A stretch of 64,000 bases of DNA from the human T2T-CHM13v2.0 reference genome, Homo sapiens, in assembly GCF_009914755.1 (NCBI RefSeq), contig NC_060935.1; one strand, written 5' to 3'. The position numbers were made by a program, and so were the translations under genes. Shown here piece by piece: positions 59,585 through 64,000 of the stretch. A model generated the notes under the pieces. That model was not told where the DNA came from. It searched no databases and saw only the letters and a list, made by a program, of their open reading frames with translations. Position 1 is the stretch's first letter, and the number at the start of each line of letters is the position of its first letter.

Positions 59585-60270
59585 CAAATCAGCAATCATA
59601 ACTTACAGTTAGTATGGAAGCTGTCATGGTTCATCTTAACCTCCTTTCAAACTAGAGATGGACTAGGGGATAAAGGCTAGCTTAGGCTGGAAGGGAGATT
59701 GAGAATCCCTAATGAAAAAAGACTGAGGGAGAAAATCTTACTGCTTCTCTTGAGCTTGTGCTCTTAGAGAATGACTTACTTTCAGAAATAGTTAAATTCA
59801 TCACAGTTGTGTTTAGTTTTGCATAAACTTTAGTTGCTTTTCATGGAAACTATAGATGCTCTGGGACTATGGCATTGGCATTGGAAAATGTTGGGCATCA
59901 TGTTGCTGCAGGGCTGGAGGATTGTACAAGGCACTCTTTAGCTGTTCTTTCCTGCCCCCTATATGGAAAGGCTTCAATATGATTTTAGGCGTGACAGATC
60001 TGTTAAGGATAAGCATACAGGACACATGTTCTCTAAATACTTTTTCCCCATTTCTAGAATCCTAGCACTTGTATCAATACATAAATACTGATATTTGGAC
60101 ATAAGGACTGATATTTTCCCAGGCCTCATACACTAATGAACCATTGTTTTGATAGCCTAGTTCCTTAGTAAGTTGCTGAGTTAACAATTTGTGCCCCTCC
60201 TCATTCATTCATTCATTCATTCATCAATCAGTGAACTAGAGATACAACAATGAACAAGAAAGCTGTACTG

Positions 60271-60581
<311 letters not shown>

Positions 60582-61006
60582 TTATTTATGTAGTATAATG
60601 TTCTAATAGGAAATATAACATGAAACAAAATAATTATCTGTGGGATAAGTGTTTTGAGTAGGGAAGGACAGGGTGTAATATGAGTATGTGGGGGACAGGG
60701 GAGTTGATACAGGGAGAAATAATGGTAACTTGTCCTAGCCAGTGGGGTAGGAAAAAGGAGGATTCCAGAAACATTTATAAATGAAGTAGACGAAGCAAGA
60801 CTTTGTAAGAGATTCCAAGTGGGAAGACAGAGAAGAGAGAATTTATGGATGACTTTCAGGTTGTGGCTTGAACATCTGCATTAACACTGCATTTGCTGAA
60901 ATGGAGAATCCTTGAGGAGGAGCCTTTTGGGGAGTGAAGATCATTTAAAACTAGAAATCTGGGGCTCCTCTAAGATGTCTAAGTTGACTTGTTTAGTTGA
61001 TAGTTG

Positions 61007-61010
<4 letters not shown>

Positions 61011-61055
<45 letters not shown>

Positions 61056-61081
61056 GTATGTATGTATATGTGTATATATAT
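61011..61081. repeat. (TA)19 plus (TATG)n microsatellite
   Basis: Read directly from the sequence. Confidence 0.93.
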
Positions 61082-61300
61082 CTAGATTTCAGTAGAGCTC
61101 TGTCCTACAGATATAGTTTGGAGATTAGTCATCTATGAGTAGTAATTGCACTGAAGCAGTGGGCCTGGAGATCATCCAAGGAGAATAGAGAGAATGTAAA
61201 GAGAAAACTGAAGAAAGAGCTCTTTTGAGTTCCCTTCCTTCTTGTCAAAGGCTGCCTGGAATAGATAGCATGAAGTGGGGGATAGTTTTCTGCATGAACT

Positions 61301-61941
<641 letters not shown>

Positions 61942-62026
61942 CTCTAGTTCACCTTGGCCATCTCTCAACCTCAGTTTGTATGAGGGAATTATGAGTATAA
62001 TTTATTGATTTGTCTTAGCTTTTAAG

Positions 62027-62241
62027 CAGTGGTTCTCAACCAAGGACAATTTTGCAGTGTATGGCAATGTTCTGAAACATTTCTGATTGTCCTTCTTGGC
62101 TAGGGGAGGGTAGTTCTACTGTCCCCTAGTGGGTAAAGCTCAAGGATGCTACTAAACATTCTATAATGTGTATAGGACAGCCTTCCACAGCAAAGAATGA
62201 TCCATCCAAAATGTCAGTAGTGCTGAGGTTGATAAACCCTG
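62027..62241. mobile_element. MER20 hAT MITE
   Basis: cagtggttctcaacc...gtcagtagtgctgaggttgataaaccctg; imperfect 8-bp TSD CTTTTAAG/CTTTAAAA. Confidence 0.85.
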
Positions 62242-64000
62242 CTTTAAAATTATGCTGTCCTTAAACAGTTCAGATACTCACACAACTTTGATTTTGATTT
62301 CTAGTTGGTTGCAAATCAATAATAAAAATCATTATAGCTAATGTTTACATAATCCTTTAAAGTGTATAGCTGAACTTTTGCATACATTATCTCATTAGCT
62401 GAGCTGTAAGTTTAGTTTTCTTCCTACTCTACCACAAATGTCTCCTTAATCATAAGATTTATGTAATTATTATTGACATTTATTAGCACATATTTTACAC
62501 ATGGATTGTAATTTTAATTTCTCAAGATTTTCGATGGAACTATTAAAATACTTCTGTGAGTTAAATTTTATTACTAGGTCATATTTCAACTCCATTCTTA
62601 TGGTTCCTTCACTAGTATGGGTATAACCCTCTAGAACTTGTTGTGGGGAGGTCTGATGTGTATATGTTTTCTTTCTCTTATGATTACCTGAATTTATAGC
62701 CCCATCAACTTTCTTCTCTCCCGCATCCCCATCCAGATCCCACATACTCTCACCTCTGTCTAGTAAGGGCAAAATAATTTAGTCTCTTTCCTCTGCTTAT
62801 GCAATTCTCACTTTTATAACATTCTCTAAAATATTCTATGTATAGACTGATTTCTAGTAAGACCTAGGAATCCATATTAAGTCATAGGAAGGAATTTTTT
62901 TCTACCAAGTTTTAATGAAACTAGTAAGGATAATAAGAAAAATAAATCACCAGGGTACACCCCATTTGTTTGAAGTGTTAAGCACCAAACAGTCAGTGCT
63001 TAATAAAGAAAATTAATATTTTCAGAATTACAAAGGAAAATGCTAAAGCCCTTAGTCATGAAAGAAACATTAAGTTTTCAGTAAGATAAGTGGAAAGGAA
63101 ACAGCCATGAATTGTGAGAATTTATCCTGAAAGGTCACCATAACTTGATGAGACTATAAATGCTTAAGGTTGAGAAGTTGGATTCTTAACTCCGTTACTT
63201 AAAAAAAAACTAAGCATCTACTGTCTTCTTTCAGGCAAATGCCAAGAAATACAGATTTCAGAAAGCTTATAAAACTTTGGCTATTTAGAGAAAATGACAT
63301 CCTTACTGCTTTGAGTAAGCAAACAATTGGTTAACAAAGTGTGATTACCGTAATGCTTACTTGATTCCTTAGGAGAGACTCTCATGTGTGCTCCAGATTG
63401 GTTTGGAGGACTTTGCACAATACAACTCAGGGAGGCGTAATTTACCAAGGCCAAAAGAGTAGGCTTGGCTTTTAAGTATGCCACAGACAATACTTTTTTC
63501 AAATTCTACTACTATGACTTTTTTAACTTTGTGAGATTCTGTATTATAGAAGGAGAAAGAAAGGTCCTCTTGGAAAAATATACTTAGTTTGTGATTCATT
63601 TAAAAAATCAACCATAGCTTTATTTAAGCTTTTATTGCATTCTAGACAAGAATTTCCCCATGCCAGATGCTCTCAAGGCCTTCTCTGTCCATAGTGTTGA
63701 TGGCGTATACAAGTTGTAGCATCCTCAGCTGGTACAAGGTGACCTGTGTTGCCCTACTGGCTTAGTGCATTCAGGACTTTAGTCATCCATTGACTTTCTT
63801 GATTCTTTCCATACGCATTGCTAATAATTTTAAGAAGCCTCATTTTAACAACAACAAAATGTGTAGATAATAGAGGTCAGTTGATTGCAAAGAATCACTG
63901 ATTGCCAAAGCTGGAATAGAACTTATTATTCTCTTTTCTTCCTGTGCCCTTTATAAGTGAACACTTGCTCCACTAATGTTCTTGGTGAATTATTTTTTAA

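Overview
Human genomic DNA, entirely inside the HSD17B12 gene (very-long-chain 3-ketoacyl-CoA reductase / 17-beta-HSD12, an SDR-family enzyme) on the + strand. Three constitutive coding exons are visible: 10325-10371, 13459-13534 and 57734-57841 (exons 2-4 by my recollection of the gene), together reading VVTGSTDGIGKSYAEE-LAKHGMKVVLISRSKDKLDQVSSEI-KEKFKVETRTIAVDFASEDIYDKIKTGLAGLEIGIL. A probable alternative terminal exon starts at 14286 and adds SNYT-stop. The rest is intron, dominated by transposable elements: about 25 Alus (one an apparently undiverged AluYb8), a 5'-inverted twin-primed L1PA2/3, old L1M/L2/MIR fragments, DNA transposons (Tigger3b, Charlie1a, MER2, MER20, MER33, MER44, MER91) and LTR elements (LTR14C-like, THE1, MLT1, an LTR12 inside an Alu, and LTR2B with a Harlequin/HERV-E-like env remnant). 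None of the supplied six-frame ORFs is a standalone gene. I found no new multi-gene system. The most unusual signal is the ERV remnant at 43407-44935. Its env carries a dense APOBEC3-type G-to-A hypermutation signature, including five Trp codons turned into stops, and it has one clean LTR end and one snap-back hairpin end. Other notable points: a stop-free 123-nt exon 2-3 circle, an antisense LTR12 promoter with four intact CCAAT boxes, and a NAGNAG acceptor at exon 4. Repeat subfamily names come from remembered consensus sequences, not from a RepeatMasker run, and boundaries of old repeats are approximate.
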